A stretch of 64,000 nucleotides of DNA from an uncultured delta proteobacterium (GCA_963790475.1 CAWBOS010000013.1:128001-192000); one strand, 5' to 3'; positions 48,908 through 59,623 are shown, counted from the first letter of the stretch. Numbers and translations are program-made. The notes: generated from the sequence alone by a model not told the origin.

Positions 48908-49510
48908 TTACCGATCGTAGCCGGAACAAGGGATGCAGACATGTTTTTCGCCCAGAACCCGGAGATAGGCCTTGGCCGTCAGCTCCCCGCAAACGGCGCA
49001 GGGGGTGAACCCCATTATTTCGGGAAACCAATCACCTTCGTATTGTTTGACTTCACCGATGGTAAGGACATCAGACTCCGGGGCATCCCAGACGAGATTT
49101 ACCAGCTCTTCCTGCTCTTCAAGGGGAATGTCGTCGGGCATGATGCCCATCCCCCGTTTACGCATAAAGGCCGATTCGCCAATCTGTTTTTGCAACGTGG
49201 GTTTATAGCTGACCCGTACAGAGCGGTTGGTAGCCTTGTCAATGAGGGTGAAAGCAAGCTTGCCAAGGGGTTTTTTGTTGATGTTGCCCTTGCCGAAAGT
49301 GCAACCGGTGGCATACTGGACACCGTCGCCAAAGCACATCCCGCCATGGTCCTCCCCGATCTCTACGATACCGAAAAGCTGTGTGCCGCCGGAGCGCTTC
49401 ACGCCCAACGTCCGCAAAGCCGCCAGCCCGACACGCACACCCGCTACGCTGGCCCAGCACTTATGTCCGTGAAATTTCAATGCGTCCATCAAGATTACTT
49501 TGTCATCCAT
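48908..49510 (-). CDS. FmdE-family protein
   Basis: FHGHKC, CFGDGVQYATGCTFGKGN, CAVCGE...CIPC. Confidence 0.85.
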   Translation of the reverse strand: MDDKVILMDALKFHGHKCWASVAGVRVGLAALRTLGVKRSGGTQLFGIVEIGEDHGGMCFGDGVQYATGCTFGKGNINKKPLGKLAFTLIDKATNRSVRVSYKPTLQKQIGESAFMRKRGMGIMPDDIPLEEQEELVNLVWDAPESDVLTIGEVKQYEGDWFPEIMGFTPCAVCGELTAKAYLRVLGEKHVCIPCSGYDR

Positions 49511-49613
49511 AGTTTCCTCCCTTCAAATTTATTTATCTGAAAAATGAAAATTATTAATCCGCTCTTTAAAAAATGACCCTCCAGTGTCCATGGCCGTCGC
49601 TCCTTTTAGTCCA

Positions 49614-50381
49614 TTAGAAAACGTGCAAGAGTTTAAGGGCGATCTGGGTTGCGAAAAACCACATGATGAATGAGAAGGCCACCTTGACGAAGGTCGGGCT
49701 CGCCTTCACGGTGACGTGTGAACCCACGGCCGAACCGATAATGCAGGCCACGGTAGCCGCCGCCAGGAAGCGATAATCCACCTGACCTAAGGCGAAGTGG
49801 CCGATGGTTCCGACGAAGGAACTCACGGTCACGATAAGGGAGTTGGCCCCGGCCGCCATCTGCGCCCTATACTTCATGTAAAGCACAAGAAAGGGGAAAA
49901 TGATGAGCCCGCCGCCCACGCCAATGAGGCTCGAGAGGATGCCTACCCCAAAAGAAAAGGCGGTGATCAGTACGATCATCGCCGTGGTCATTTTCCTCAC
50001 CGTTTGGCCGGCCTTTTCCTTGGCGGAGAAGATCATGAGAAGGCCCACACCGTACAGGAAAACGGAGAATATCCCGAGCAGGAGGTTTCTGGGGGCCATG
50101 CTGGAGAGCACCGCCCCTATAAATGAGCCCACGATCGTCCCCGGAAGAAAGACAAGGCAGAAACGGTAGTCCACCAGCTTATTCCGCTGGAAAACAATGG
50201 TTGCCACCAGCGCCGTCACCAAGTTGAGGAAGATGGCGGTGGAGATAGCGGGCTCTACCGCCATGCCAAGCATCACCAGCACGGGAGTATAAAGTGAACC
50301 TCCTCCCTTGCCAAACATGGAAAAGACGGACGAGATCACTAAGATGGTTACGAAGCCAATAAACAGAAACGAGGTACTCAT
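49614..50381 (-). CDS. TauE/SafE (TSUP) family exporter
   Basis: FGKGGG.L..P.L and LIGVGGG..I.P.L repeats; ~8 TM helices. Confidence 0.85.
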   Translation of the reverse strand: MSTSFLFIGFVTILVISSVFSMFGKGGGSLYTPVLVMLGMAVEPAISTAIFLNLVTALVATIVFQRNKLVDYRFCLVFLPGTIVGSFIGAVLSSMAPRNLLLGIFSVFLYGVGLLMIFSAKEKAGQTVRKMTTAMIVLITAFSFGVGILSSLIGVGGGLIIFPFLVLYMKYRAQMAAGANSLIVTVSSFVGTIGHFALGQVDYRFLAAATVACIIGSAVGSHVTVKASPTFVKVAFSFIMWFFATQIALKLLHVF

Positions 50382-50471
50382 TTTCCTCCTCCTTAAATGA
50401 CGCAGGGCGTAAAGCCCCGCGCCCGAAAATCTATTGACCTGGATTTTACTTTAAAATCAGATCAACTCGCT

Positions 50472-51080
50472 TCAGGCGGTATAGCCGGAACAAGGGATAC
50501 AGACTAATTGACCCTCATCGGTCACGCGCATCCTGTTTATAAAAGTCAGCTCACCGCATCCGGCACAACGCTTTGCCGTGAAGCATCCTTTCCCCTTTTT
50601 GACTTCCACCTGATGCACGGCGCCGATATCCAAAAATGCGCTTTCTTCCAGGGCAAGAATTCGCTCGACAAGGGGATCGGTTATTTCGGGCTCGATGTTC
50701 TGTGGCGGCACTCCAGCTTTACGTTTCTGAACAAAGGGTGAAGCGAGGGCCTTTTCGAAAAAATCCGCCTTTAGTGAGACTCTCACCGCTCGACCGGTCT
50801 TCTGATCGATTAACGTGAAGGCCATCTTATTGAAATAGCGTTTCTCAATATTCGATTTGCCGTAGGTGCAACCTGTCGCGGTCATGATGCCATCCAAAAA
50901 ACAGCCCGCCGCATGGTCCTTCCCGGTCTCCGAGACCACCAAGAGTTCTTTATCCTGGGCACGGTCCACCCCAAGGACCTTCATAGCCGCCATTCCAGCC
51001 CTTAGACCCATAGGCATGGCCGGACACTTATGTCCATGAAATTTCAAACCCACTTCAAACAATTCTTTTAAATCCTTCAT
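50472..51080 (-). CDS. FmdE-family protein
   Basis: FHGHKCP, CFLDG...[16 protein letters not shown]...CIPC. Confidence 0.85.
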   Translation of the reverse strand: MKDLKELFEVGLKFHGHKCPAMPMGLRAGMAAMKVLGVDRAQDKELLVVSETGKDHAAGCFLDGIMTATGCTYGKSNIEKRYFNKMAFTLIDQKTGRAVRVSLKADFFEKALASPFVQKRKAGVPPQNIEPEITDPLVERILALEESAFLDIGAVHQVEVKKGKGCFTAKRCAGCGELTFINRMRVTDEGQLVCIPCSGYTA

Positions 51081-51270
51081 AATAATACCTCCTTCGCCAT
51101 ATTTTTTTCTTTCATTCAACTACACCTTATCTCTGTGTTCAAGACTGACCCTCACGCGTACCCAGGTGGCTATGATTAAGTGGTATTCGGGTTACGGGAC
51201 TGCCTTGCTTGCTGCAACTCCCGCCAGTCTTTCTATTTTTTACATCCGGGCTAATCCTTTATCTGTAACT

Positions 51271-52455
51271 TCAGTTCAACTTAAATCCTTTAACCGGGAA
51301 GTATTGCACCTGAATGCGCCAGACGGGGGCTGGTCCCGTTCCTGTATCGGACCAACTATAATCAGTAGCCAGTCGCAAAGGCAGCCAGGGCAAATCGTAG
51401 GTTGCCGCAATCGTCACTCTGCCGGTGGAGGAGGCTGTTGGTTCATTCACATCAGGGTTGAACCACTCCTGGCGCAATCCCAGAATTACGCTTTTGATGG
51501 GCTGATAGGCCACTTGCCCGTAAGCGCCGGTAGCCGCGATTTCGTTTCCCGAAGCGGGATCAAGCCAGACCCTGAAATACTCTCCCTGAGCACTCAACGG
51601 TCCCCAGTTGATCTGCGCAAAGGCGTTTAACCGACTGTCCTGTCCTCGGAAATGGCTCGTCAAATTCTTGCTCAAGCCGGGCAGCTGAGCCGAAAAATCC
51701 AGGTCGGCAACGTCCCGGACCGATCCCGCCAATCCAGCACGCCACAACCACGGTCGACCTTCTTGAACTCCTTCGCTGCCATAACTCAAGCGCGCCACTC
51801 CCAAGGGACCGTTGCCGCGAGTGTCCTCATTAGCTCCCGCACCAAGAAAGAGGCCCGCGGAGAGCTGCCAGCCGCTATGGTCCCAATCACATTCGAGGCC
51901 CCGGTCCCGGGCAAAGGTGTCCCCCAAATTCCCATTGATCACCAGCCGGTTGGTGACATCGGTGCGCTCTACAAAATCCAGGTTCCAATCGGGCTGAAAT
52001 CGCTCCAAACCAAATGGTGGAATAAATTGGCCGCCTTTAAGAGAAAGGCCAAAACCGGACGGATAGATTAGGTAAGCGTCTTGCAAAAAGATTTGATCAT
52101 CGGTAGCACTTCCATTGTTGTCCTTGTAGATGAATTGGAAATGGTAATGGAGCTTGTCCGAAGACCCGCCATCCAGCATGGCCTTGAACCGGCGGAGAGC
52201 TACACCGGTACCGGGATCGGTATAACGAACCTGGAGGTAAGAGCTCAGTGTTGGCAGGTAAGCCGAGGGCGGATCTATCCCGCCTGCGCACCCAGTTTCA
52301 GCCAACCACAGAACCAGACTGAGCATTACGATGCTGACCGGAAACGCGGGCGAAACGATAGCGCGCTTACAGATACCGCCAGCCACGCGGGCCGTTGGGA
52401 TGGTGAACTTGAATCCCAAAGCAATCATTAAGCGAAAACCACAAGTACTGTCCAC
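51271..52455 (-). CDS. Porin (OprO/OprP-like beta barrel); true start may be 52326
   Basis: YLQVRY, LRRFK, LQDAY, GQF.PPFGLE, RDRG, amphipathic strands ending in IQVQY. Confidence 0.65.
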   Translation of the reverse strand: MDSTCGFRLMIALGFKFTIPTARVAGGICKRAIVSPAFPVSIVMLSLVLWLAETGCAGGIDPPSAYLPTLSSYLQVRYTDPGTGVALRRFKAMLDGGSSDKLHYHFQFIYKDNNGSATDDQIFLQDAYLIYPSGFGLSLKGGQFIPPFGLERFQPDWNLDFVERTDVTNRLVINGNLGDTFARDRGLECDWDHSGWQLSAGLFLGAGANEDTRGNGPLGVARLSYGSEGVQEGRPWLWRAGLAGSVRDVADLDFSAQLPGLSKNLTSHFRGQDSRLNAFAQINWGPLSAQGEYFRVWLDPASGNEIAATGAYGQVAYQPIKSVILGLRQEWFNPDVNEPTASSTGRVTIAATYDLPWLPLRLATDYSWSDTGTGPAPVWRIQVQYFPVKGFKLN

Positions 52456-52724
52456 ATAAAACTCCCGATTATCATAGAAAAAGCATCCTTAAACCTATTT
52501 TTTCGTGTCTTTTTTATTATGCCTTTATTAATAATACCCTGAACATGGTAAACAGAGCTCTTTACCGTCCTTCAGTCCTACGTAGCGCTCAAAGACGTAC
52601 TCGCCGCATCCTGCGCATTATAAGTTTGTTCTCCAATCCTTTTCCACTTGTTAATTAAAATAGTTTCCATAAAGATATCACAAGGATAAGCTTAAAAATG
52701 GGGATCGAGCCCTTAAACTCCAAA

Positions 52725-52768
52725 ATAACTATTTAGTTATATAGTAATGGTTTTCTCTTCCTTGTCAA
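52725..52768 (-). promoter_or_regulatory. sigma70 promoter plus shared operator (porin-fmdE operon)
   Basis: TTGACA-16-TACTAT followed by ATAACTAAATAGTTAT. Confidence 0.65.
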
Positions 52769-53020
52769 GCAAAAAATATTCTCCTCATTAAATATTTTTC
52801 CAATGGCAAGTCAAATAGTACAAATAGGGAGGATTCCGGTTTTTTCAAAAATCCAGCCGTTTCGAAAGTTCCTGGTTTTCCTGGGAAGTATCATTTCCCA
52901 ATCCGTTTAATAAGAATAATCTGGGAAAAAATTCATTTTGACTTTTCAAGAAGGGTGTGAAATTAAATGAAAATCTGAAAAATAACGAAAATAGTGATCA
53001 AAAGTTGAAAGGGGTCGTTT

Positions 53021-53173
53021 ATGGTATTGACAATTCGACAAGATGAATTTCAGTTGATGAAGATGATTGTTCTGGATAAGGACAAGGAGGAGGCCCTGCG
53101 GTTGATAAAACAATTTGTGGCCCGTTTGGAACAACAGGCCAATCAGGGTCTGAAATCCCATTTGGATCGGTAA
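53021..53173 (+). CDS. 50-aa small protein not in the ORF track
   Basis: MVLTIRQDEFQLMKMIVLDKDKEEALRLIKQFVARLEQQANQGLKSHLDR; AAGGGG RBS. Confidence 0.55.
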   Translation: MVLTIRQDEFQLMKMIVLDKDKEEALRLIKQFVARLEQQANQGLKSHLDR

Positions 53174-53273
53174 AATCATGTCAGCCTGATGAAAAGAATC
53201 CGGAAGATGAACCCTGAGAAACTCGCTACGGATTGTTTGAGCTGCCGGATACAATTCAATCAGCTCTTACCGT

Positions 53274-53327
53274 ATAAAGTGGTTCATCCCAATAAAGTGG
53301 TTCATCCCAATAAAGTGGTTCATCCCA
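53274..53327. repeat. Perfect tandem repeat, 3 x 18 bp
   Basis: (ATAAAGTGGTTCATCCCA)3. Confidence 0.95.
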
Positions 53328-53679
53328 TTGAGATACTCCGAGAATCCTATTCTTTAAATTTTAAATAAGATTCCAGTTCAAAAATATCTCCTCCCTTTTC
53401 CCTCGTATAAAATAAATTGCGGAGGCGCCCTCTTCCACTTGAATGACCCAGTTCCGGTCAAAACCAGGAGTAACGGCCGAACCCCACCAATACCCATCGG
53501 CCCCCATCCCGGCGGTTGGCAACCCTATCATGGAGGCCACCAGAAGAATAACCCGGAAAAAGATCCCTTTTGTTCCCCGTAGCCTTGCTTTATACGGTGG
53601 CTTTCTTTCTCTTGGCCCATTTTTTTCCCTGCCGAGAAGGCGGTTTTTATCACTGGTTGAAGGCCTTAAATTCGGAATT

Positions 53680-54618
53680 CTATTTTTTCCTCAACTCTAC
53701 CGGATAATTCCGTGATCGCCAGGCCTTGAAACCGCCGGCCAGAGGTCGTACCTTGGCCGCCCCCCTTTTCTTTAACATTAACGCCGCCCGGGCGCTGGAG
53801 GCCTCTTTGGGTCAGTCGCAGTACAAAACCACTTCCCGTCCCTGGGGAATATCCGGCGGATGCTTATGCAATTTTTCCAGAGGACAACAGAAAGCCCCGG
53901 GGATGACCTGAGGTTCGGCTTCAAATTCATGGGCATTGCGAACATCGAGGATAAAGAGGTCTTCGGCATTATCGATCTTTTGCTTCAGTTCCTCCGGAGT
54001 AATGCGGGCCAGTCGCATCTGGTGCAGAAATTGTTTCCATTGAATGAACTTCCAGGTGACATAGGCCATTAAAATAGTCAGGATCAGGGCCCAGAATATC
54101 TTTCCGGCCAAAGACAGGTAGGCCGTTGTTTGTTCGATTTGACTGCTGAACCAATATCCGAGGCCGGTGAAAGTGCTCACCCAAATAATCGTTCCCAGGC
54201 CATCCAATAGGATAAATCGGATCACCTTCATGTGGGTAATCCCCGACAATGGGGGGGCTAAGGTATTCACCCCGGGAATAAATTTGGCCACCAAAAGCGA
54301 TTTGGCCCCGTGCCGAAAAAAAAGGCTTTTGGTAAGGCTGACACAAGAGTCGGGGTTGAAGGAGATGCGGCAGAGAAAAGGTAATAGGGAACTGCCCATT
54401 CGTCGGCCGACCTGATGCCAGAAGACATCGCTCAGTAAGCAGGCCAGGGTGGAGAGAAGAAATATGAGGCTGAAATTGAACTGTCCTCCCCCGGCCATCG
54501 CCCCGGCGATAAGCAACAATAATTCAGCCGGTATGGGCAAGCCGAGTTGTTCTCCTAAGACCCCCAAAAAAAGAATAACATAGCCATGCTGGATCAGGGT
54601 GTGCATTAGATCATTCAT
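53680..54618 (-). CDS. DedA/VTT - rhodanese fusion, probable selenoprotein
   Basis: EQLGLPIP, AKFIPG (DedA); LDVR, IPGA, VLYCD-TGA-PKEASSARAA..L...G..KVRPLAGGFKAW....PVE; TGA at 53812-53814. Confidence 0.85.
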
Positions 54619-54629
54619 AGCTGTGCCTA

Positions 54630-56516
54630 CTAAACGGTGTTTCCGCCAAGGAGATTGCGGCCCAGGGATTGGCTGCGATGCAGGACGGTGGAGTTGTCAA
54701 AGGTACCTGGTAACTCCAAGCCGGCTCTCTCATATTCGCGAGAGAGAAGCTTTTCGATTTCTTCAACCGAGGAGAGACTTAAAACTACCCTGGCAATTGA
54801 CCGCCACTGCTCATAGGCGATAGAGCGGACGATTTTCTTCGCTTCCAGAAGGGCAACAGGACTCATGCTCAGATCCACCAGGCCCATTCCGACAAGCAAA
54901 GGGATATACTTTGGATCTCCGGCCATCTCCCCACACACGGCTACTGCTTTGTTGGCGGTCTGAGCTACATGGGCCACGCCCTGAATCAGTCGAAGCACAG
55001 CCGGGGCAAGGGGCTGATAAAGAGGACTCACCAGTTCGTTATCCCGATCTACGGCCAGGGTATATTGGATCAGGTCATTGGTCCCAATGCTCAAAAAATC
55101 GAGGTCATTAATCAATTGGTCTGCCACAACGGCCACCGAAGGGACTTCGATCATCGCGCCGAGCGGAATTCGTCCATCAAAAGGGATCCCTTCTGCCCGA
55201 AGCTCTCTTTTTGATAGTTCGACCAGTTGCCAGATCTGCCGAACCTCCTCGATGCTCGAGATCATCGGGAATAGAATCTTCACCGGCCCGTAGGCGCTTG
55301 CCCTGAGGATAGCGCGAAGTTGTTGTTTAAAAAGGTCCTTTTCCCTCAAGAAAATGCGAATCGATCGATAGCCCAAGAAGGGATTTTTTTCCTTCGGACT
55401 CCTTCCCTCTCCGAAGAATTTATCCCCGCCAAAATCGAGCGTCCGGATAATGACTTCCTTGCCGTTAGCTTGATGAACCACCTTGCCATAGAGCTCAAAT
55501 TGTTCCTCTTCTGAGAGGAAACGTCCCAAGGCCAGAAAGGGCAGCTCCGTCCGGAACAAGCCGATTCCATGGGCCCCGAAATGCAGACCATATTCCAGAT
55601 CGACGAGACTTCCGATATTGGCCCATAATCGAACGGTGCGCCCATCCAGCGTCTCCGACGGGAGGGGAATGGTTTGTTTAAGCGCTGACTGGTAGGCTTC
55701 CCGTTTCTTCCGGAGGTCCTGGTAATTTTGGGTGACCTCTGCCGGTGGGTTTATGACCACGGTCCCCATGTCCCCGTCAACCGCCAATTGATCTCCCTTA
55801 TTTACCTTAAGGAGTAAGCCTTCGATACCAATCACCGCCGGAAGGCCAAGGGATCTTGCGAGAATAGCCGCATGGGATTCTTTGCCCCCTGATTCTGTCG
55901 CAAAGGCAAGGACCTTGTCTCTGTCGAGTCGCACCGTATCGGAAGGGGTCAACTCGCGGGCCACAATGATGACAGGCTCCTTGAAATCGCAGGCGGATTC
56001 TTGTGAAGACATGAGTTTTTCGATCAGCCTTCTTCCAACATCCCGAAGGTCGGCCCCTCGTTCACGAAAGTAAAGATCCTCCAGCTCCTCGAAGACCTTT
56101 CCGAAGGCCTCCACCTGCTGCAGAACGGCTGCCTCTGCATTCATTCCGTTTTCCCGAATCTCTTTTAAAATCCGGGCGATCCAATAAGGATCCTCAAGCA
56201 TGGCTACGTGGGCAAGAAAAATTGCCGCTTCCGCCTTACCGATCCTTTGAGAGGTCTGGAAGTGGTCTTCCATCAATTCATCGATCACCTGGCGGACCGC
56301 CTCCTTGAGGCGTATCACCTCTTGTTCTGTTTGTTCCTCTGCCAGAGTGTGTTTCTCCACCCTGAACAAAATATCCTGAAAGACGCAGGCCTTACCGATG
56401 ACAATCCCGGGGGAGGCTGGAATTCCTTTTAAAAAGCGTTTTGAAATCTCTGATTCCATATGGTCTAACCCTTTTTCTTGTTCGTGATCTTTATCCTTCT
56501 TCAACCCTAAGGTCAC
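54630..56516 (-). CDS. ptsI: Phosphoenolpyruvate-protein phosphotransferase (PTS Enzyme I)
   Basis: SHAAILARSLG, GIGLFRTE, IRTLDFGGDK, NPFLGYR, MIEVP, SIGTNDLIQY, CGEMAG. Confidence 0.92.
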   Translation of the reverse strand: MTLGLKKDKDHEQEKGLDHMESEISKRFLKGIPASPGIVIGKACVFQDILFRVEKHTLAEEQTEQEVIRLKEAVRQVIDELMEDHFQTSQRIGKAEAAIFLAHVAMLEDPYWIARILKEIRENGMNAEAAVLQQVEAFGKVFEELEDLYFRERGADLRDVGRRLIEKLMSSQESACDFKEPVIIVARELTPSDTVRLDRDKVLAFATESGGKESHAAILARSLGLPAVIGIEGLLLKVNKGDQLAVDGDMGTVVINPPAEVTQNYQDLRKKREAYQSALKQTIPLPSETLDGRTVRLWANIGSLVDLEYGLHFGAHGIGLFRTELPFLALGRFLSEEEQFELYGKVVHQANGKEVIIRTLDFGGDKFFGEGRSPKEKNPFLGYRSIRIFLREKDLFKQQLRAILRASAYGPVKILFPMISSIEEVRQIWQLVELSKRELRAEGIPFDGRIPLGAMIEVPSVAVVADQLINDLDFLSIGTNDLIQYTLAVDRDNELVSPLYQPLAPAVLRLIQGVAHVAQTANKAVAVCGEMAGDPKYIPLLVGMGLVDLSMSPVALLEAKKIVRSIAYEQWRSIARVVLSLSSVEEIEKLLSREYERAGLELPGTFDNSTVLHRSQSLGRNLLGGNTV

Positions 56517-56691
56517 TTCATTGGCTTCTCTTCAGTCCTAAGGCCCGACTCTTCCAATCTCAGGGCATCGATGTAAAACTTCCTTAAATATTCCTTTACC
56601 TTAATGATAGGCCGGTTACCATGATAGCATAAGAACCATAAGCCAATAGATAGGTCCCGCTCCCATATTCGATCTCCTTTGACTGTATTAT

Positions 56692-56737
56692 ACAACCATA
56701 TAGTTATAAAGTTAACATAAGGGACTGGCCTTGTCAA
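56692..56737 (-). promoter_or_regulatory. sigma70 promoter plus shared operator (Enzyme I operon)
   Basis: TTGACA-17-TAACTT followed by ATAACTATATGGTTGT. Confidence 0.55.
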
Positions 56738-56915
56738 GAAAAAACTTAGCTTATCCATCATTCACTTTTCTCATACCGCATGCTTCCCCTTTAGCCTGTT
56801 TGGGACCCGGCTTACCCTGGGGCTTGGTCAATAATATATACAAACAGGTATCAAAGAAAGTGAACCAGGCATGACCGCCAAGAATCCTTCCAGGATCGAT
56901 CCCGGCGGCTTGAGG

Positions 56916-58409
56916 CTAAAATTCTCTGCCGCTGTTATCCATCATCTGCCAGCCGCCTCCCAATGATTTGATTAAAGCCACCGCTGTGGCCAGTTGCTGA
57001 CCGCGCAGGCGCATGGCGGAGCGCTCGATCCCCAACGCAGTATTCTGCGCCGTCGCCACCTCCAGATAGGTCACCAGGCCTGCGTCATAACGATTGTTGG
57101 CGACTTCCAGTTGCCGGCGCGCGGCCTTTAAGGCAGCCAGCACCTCCTCGTATTGGCGGGCGAGCAGATACTCGGCGGCCAGGTTGTTTTCGACGTCCGC
57201 AAAAGCGGTCAGCACGGTTTGGTGGTAACGGGCGACCGTTTCCTCATACCCCGCCTTGGCCTGACTGAGGTTGGCGCTGAGCTGGCCGCCCTGGAATAAT
57301 GGGAGCGTCAGGGAGGGGCCGACGGCCCAGAACAGGCTCGGCCAAGTAAGCAGTGTGCTCATATCTCTGTTGGCGTTCAAATCCCCGCTCCAGAATCCCG
57401 CCTGGCCGCCGAACTTGATGGTCGGAAAAAACGCTGCCGTGGCCACGCCGATCGTGGCGTTGGCGGCGGCCATGCGCCGTTCAGCGGCGGCGACGTCGGG
57501 CCTCCTTTCGAGCAGTTCCGAAGGCAGGCCGGAGGGAACAAGGGGAGGTTCCGGGTTCAGCGCCCGCTCCGCCAGACGGAAAAGGGACGCATTCTTCCCG
57601 GACAGCACGGCCAGTGCGTGCTCAAACCTGGCACGCTGCAGCGCGTTGTCCGGCAGTTGCGCCTCGGCGGTTTTAAGGACAGTTTCGGCCTGGGCCACAT
57701 CCAGGTCGGAAACCATGCCCCCGGCCCTGCGGTTGCGGACCAGTACCAGCGACTTGCGGTAGGCTTCGATGCTCCAGAGGAGCAGAGCCTTGTCGGCATC
57801 GAGGGCGCGAATCGTGAAATAGTCGGCGGCGACTTCGGCCTGGATGGCCAGTCTCACCGACTCGACATCGTCGGCCACGGCCTGCACTTGAGCCGTCGCC
57901 GATTCAACGCTGCGCCGCACCCGCCCCCAGAGGTCGAACTCATAGCTTAAATCAAAGGGCAAGGTGAACGTGTCGTAAGTCTTGCCCGGCTTGCCCCCCA
58001 CGGGGCGATTTTCGGAGTCGAGCTGCTCGGTCGGATAAAAAGAGGCGCCCAGACGGGGGAAAAGACCGGAGCGGGCCACATCGGCCACGGCCCGGGCCTG
58101 GTTGAAGCGGGCGTAAGCCGCCTTGAGGTCCTGATTGGCTTCTGTGGCCTCGGTCTCCAGGCGACTCAGTTCAGGGTCGCCGAAAATTTCCCACCAGTTG
58201 CCCTTGGGCAGGTGTGCCTGGGGCACGGCTACTTTCCATTCGTCGGAGACACCGGTATAAGCGGCGGGGATTGTCGTGGCTTCGGGCCGTTGGTAGTTCG
58301 GGCCGACCGTACAACCGCTCATCACCATGGCTAACACCAGCAGGACCGGGAAAGCCAGGATACGGCCACTTCTCGAAAAAAGGCGAATAGATAGTGGCGT
58401 CATCTTCAT
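56916..58409 (-). CDS. RND efflux outer-membrane lipoprotein (NodT/OprM family)
   Basis: Lipobox MSGC, WWEIFGDPEL, YEFDLWGRVRR, PSELLERRPDV, LGGGW. Confidence 0.92.
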   Translation of the reverse strand: MKMTPLSIRLFSRSGRILAFPVLLVLAMVMSGCTVGPNYQRPEATTIPAAYTGVSDEWKVAVPQAHLPKGNWWEIFGDPELSRLETEATEANQDLKAAYARFNQARAVADVARSGLFPRLGASFYPTEQLDSENRPVGGKPGKTYDTFTLPFDLSYEFDLWGRVRRSVESATAQVQAVADDVESVRLAIQAEVAADYFTIRALDADKALLLWSIEAYRKSLVLVRNRRAGGMVSDLDVAQAETVLKTAEAQLPDNALQRARFEHALAVLSGKNASLFRLAERALNPEPPLVPSGLPSELLERRPDVAAAERRMAAANATIGVATAAFFPTIKFGGQAGFWSGDLNANRDMSTLLTWPSLFWAVGPSLTLPLFQGGQLSANLSQAKAGYEETVARYHQTVLTAFADVENNLAAEYLLARQYEEVLAALKAARRQLEVANNRYDAGLVTYLEVATAQNTALGIERSAMRLRGQQLATAVALIKSLGGGWQMMDNSGREF

Positions 58410-59611
58410 TGGCTCTTCTCCTTTTTGGCAGACTGGGCAATGGACACCGCGGCGCCGGTCGCCAGCGAGTCAGAGGGGTTGACGATGACCCGGTCCTTGG
58501 CACTCACCCCGGACAGTATCTCAATCGTCGGCCCGAAGTCGCGTCCGAGCTTTACGGTGCGCAGCTCGACCTTGCCATTGGACTGTACGATGCCCACCTG
58601 CGGTCCTTCGGGGCGGGATAAAATCGTGTTCGCCGGAAGCGTCAGGGCCGCCTCCATCTTCGCCTCGGTGAAACGCACCTGGGCATAGCCGCCCGCCAGG
58701 ATCTCCTCCTTCGGGTTGTCCAGCGCCAGTTCCACCAGGAGGGTCCTGGAATCCGCGGCTATCACACCCGCGTTACGGATCACCTTGGGTCTAAACGCCC
58801 GACCGGGAATTTCCAGAACGCTCATCTCGGCGGTCTGGCCGGGTCGAACGCTTCGAGCCATGGTCTGAGGGACCTGCACGAATACGCGAAGTTTCCCCGT
58901 CTGCGCCAGGTGGAAAAGCTCCTTGCCGCCGCCGGCGACGATGAGATCGCCCGCATCGATATTACGGGCCGTGATGGTACCGGCAAAGGGCGCTGTTATC
59001 CGGGTATACGACTCAAGTTTCTCCAGCCGGCGCACCTCGGCCCGGGCCGCCGCGGCACTGGCGGTCTTGAGCTTGAAGTCGGCCTGTTTTTCGGCGTTTT
59101 CCTGTTCGCTGACGCTGGCGGTCTTCAGGAGACCGGCCCAGCGCTCGGCCGTGAGCTTCGACAGCGCGAGGGCGGCTTCGGCCTGGTCGAGCTGGGCTCG
59201 GGCGCGATCGAGCTCCTGGTTGAGTTCCGGCACATCGATCACGGCCAGAAGCTGCCCGGCCTGGACATGGGCGCCAATGTCCACCAGCCTCCGTTTGAGA
59301 TACCCGTTAGCCCGCGCATAGATCGGCGCTTCGACCCAGGGCTTGACTTCAGCAGACAAAGGCAGGTTGGAAGTGGATTGCCCCGGCTTCGGCAAGACCA
59401 CGGTAACCATGGGAACAGAGATCTTTCGCGTCTCGGCACCCAACTCGGTTTGCTGACGAAGCCGCGGAATGAGACCGGCGACCACACCGGTCGCGATCAG
59501 TATTGCTACGACGGCTGCCGCAAATAAGAACTTGACCGGCGAGCGTCTAAGCTCCGCTTTCGGTTCCGGGTTTTTCGACAATTCTGTCGGATTATCTGGT
59601 TTTAAATTCAT
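58406..59611 (-). CDS. RND periplasmic adaptor (MFP)
   Basis: IYARANGY..VDIG..V.AGQLLA, ITAPFAG, SRTLLVE. Confidence 0.92.
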   Translation of the reverse strand: MNLKPDNPTELSKNPEPKAELRRSPVKFLFAAAVVAILIATGVVAGLIPRLRQQTELGAETRKISVPMVTVVLPKPGQSTSNLPLSAEVKPWVEAPIYARANGYLKRRLVDIGAHVQAGQLLAVIDVPELNQELDRARAQLDQAEAALALSKLTAERWAGLLKTASVSEQENAEKQADFKLKTASAAAARAEVRRLEKLESYTRITAPFAGTITARNIDAGDLIVAGGGKELFHLAQTGKLRVFVQVPQTMARSVRPGQTAEMSVLEIPGRAFRPKVIRNAGVIAADSRTLLVELALDNPKEEILAGGYAQVRFTEAKMEAALTLPANTILSRPEGPQVGIVQSNGKVELRTVKLGRDFGPTIEILSGVSAKDRVIVNPSDSLATGAAVSIAQSAKKEKSQ

Positions 59612-59623
59612 GGGTACACCTCT

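Noticed and set aside
53274-53327. CRISPR array
   Set aside because: 18-bp units are contiguous with no spacers; no cas genes
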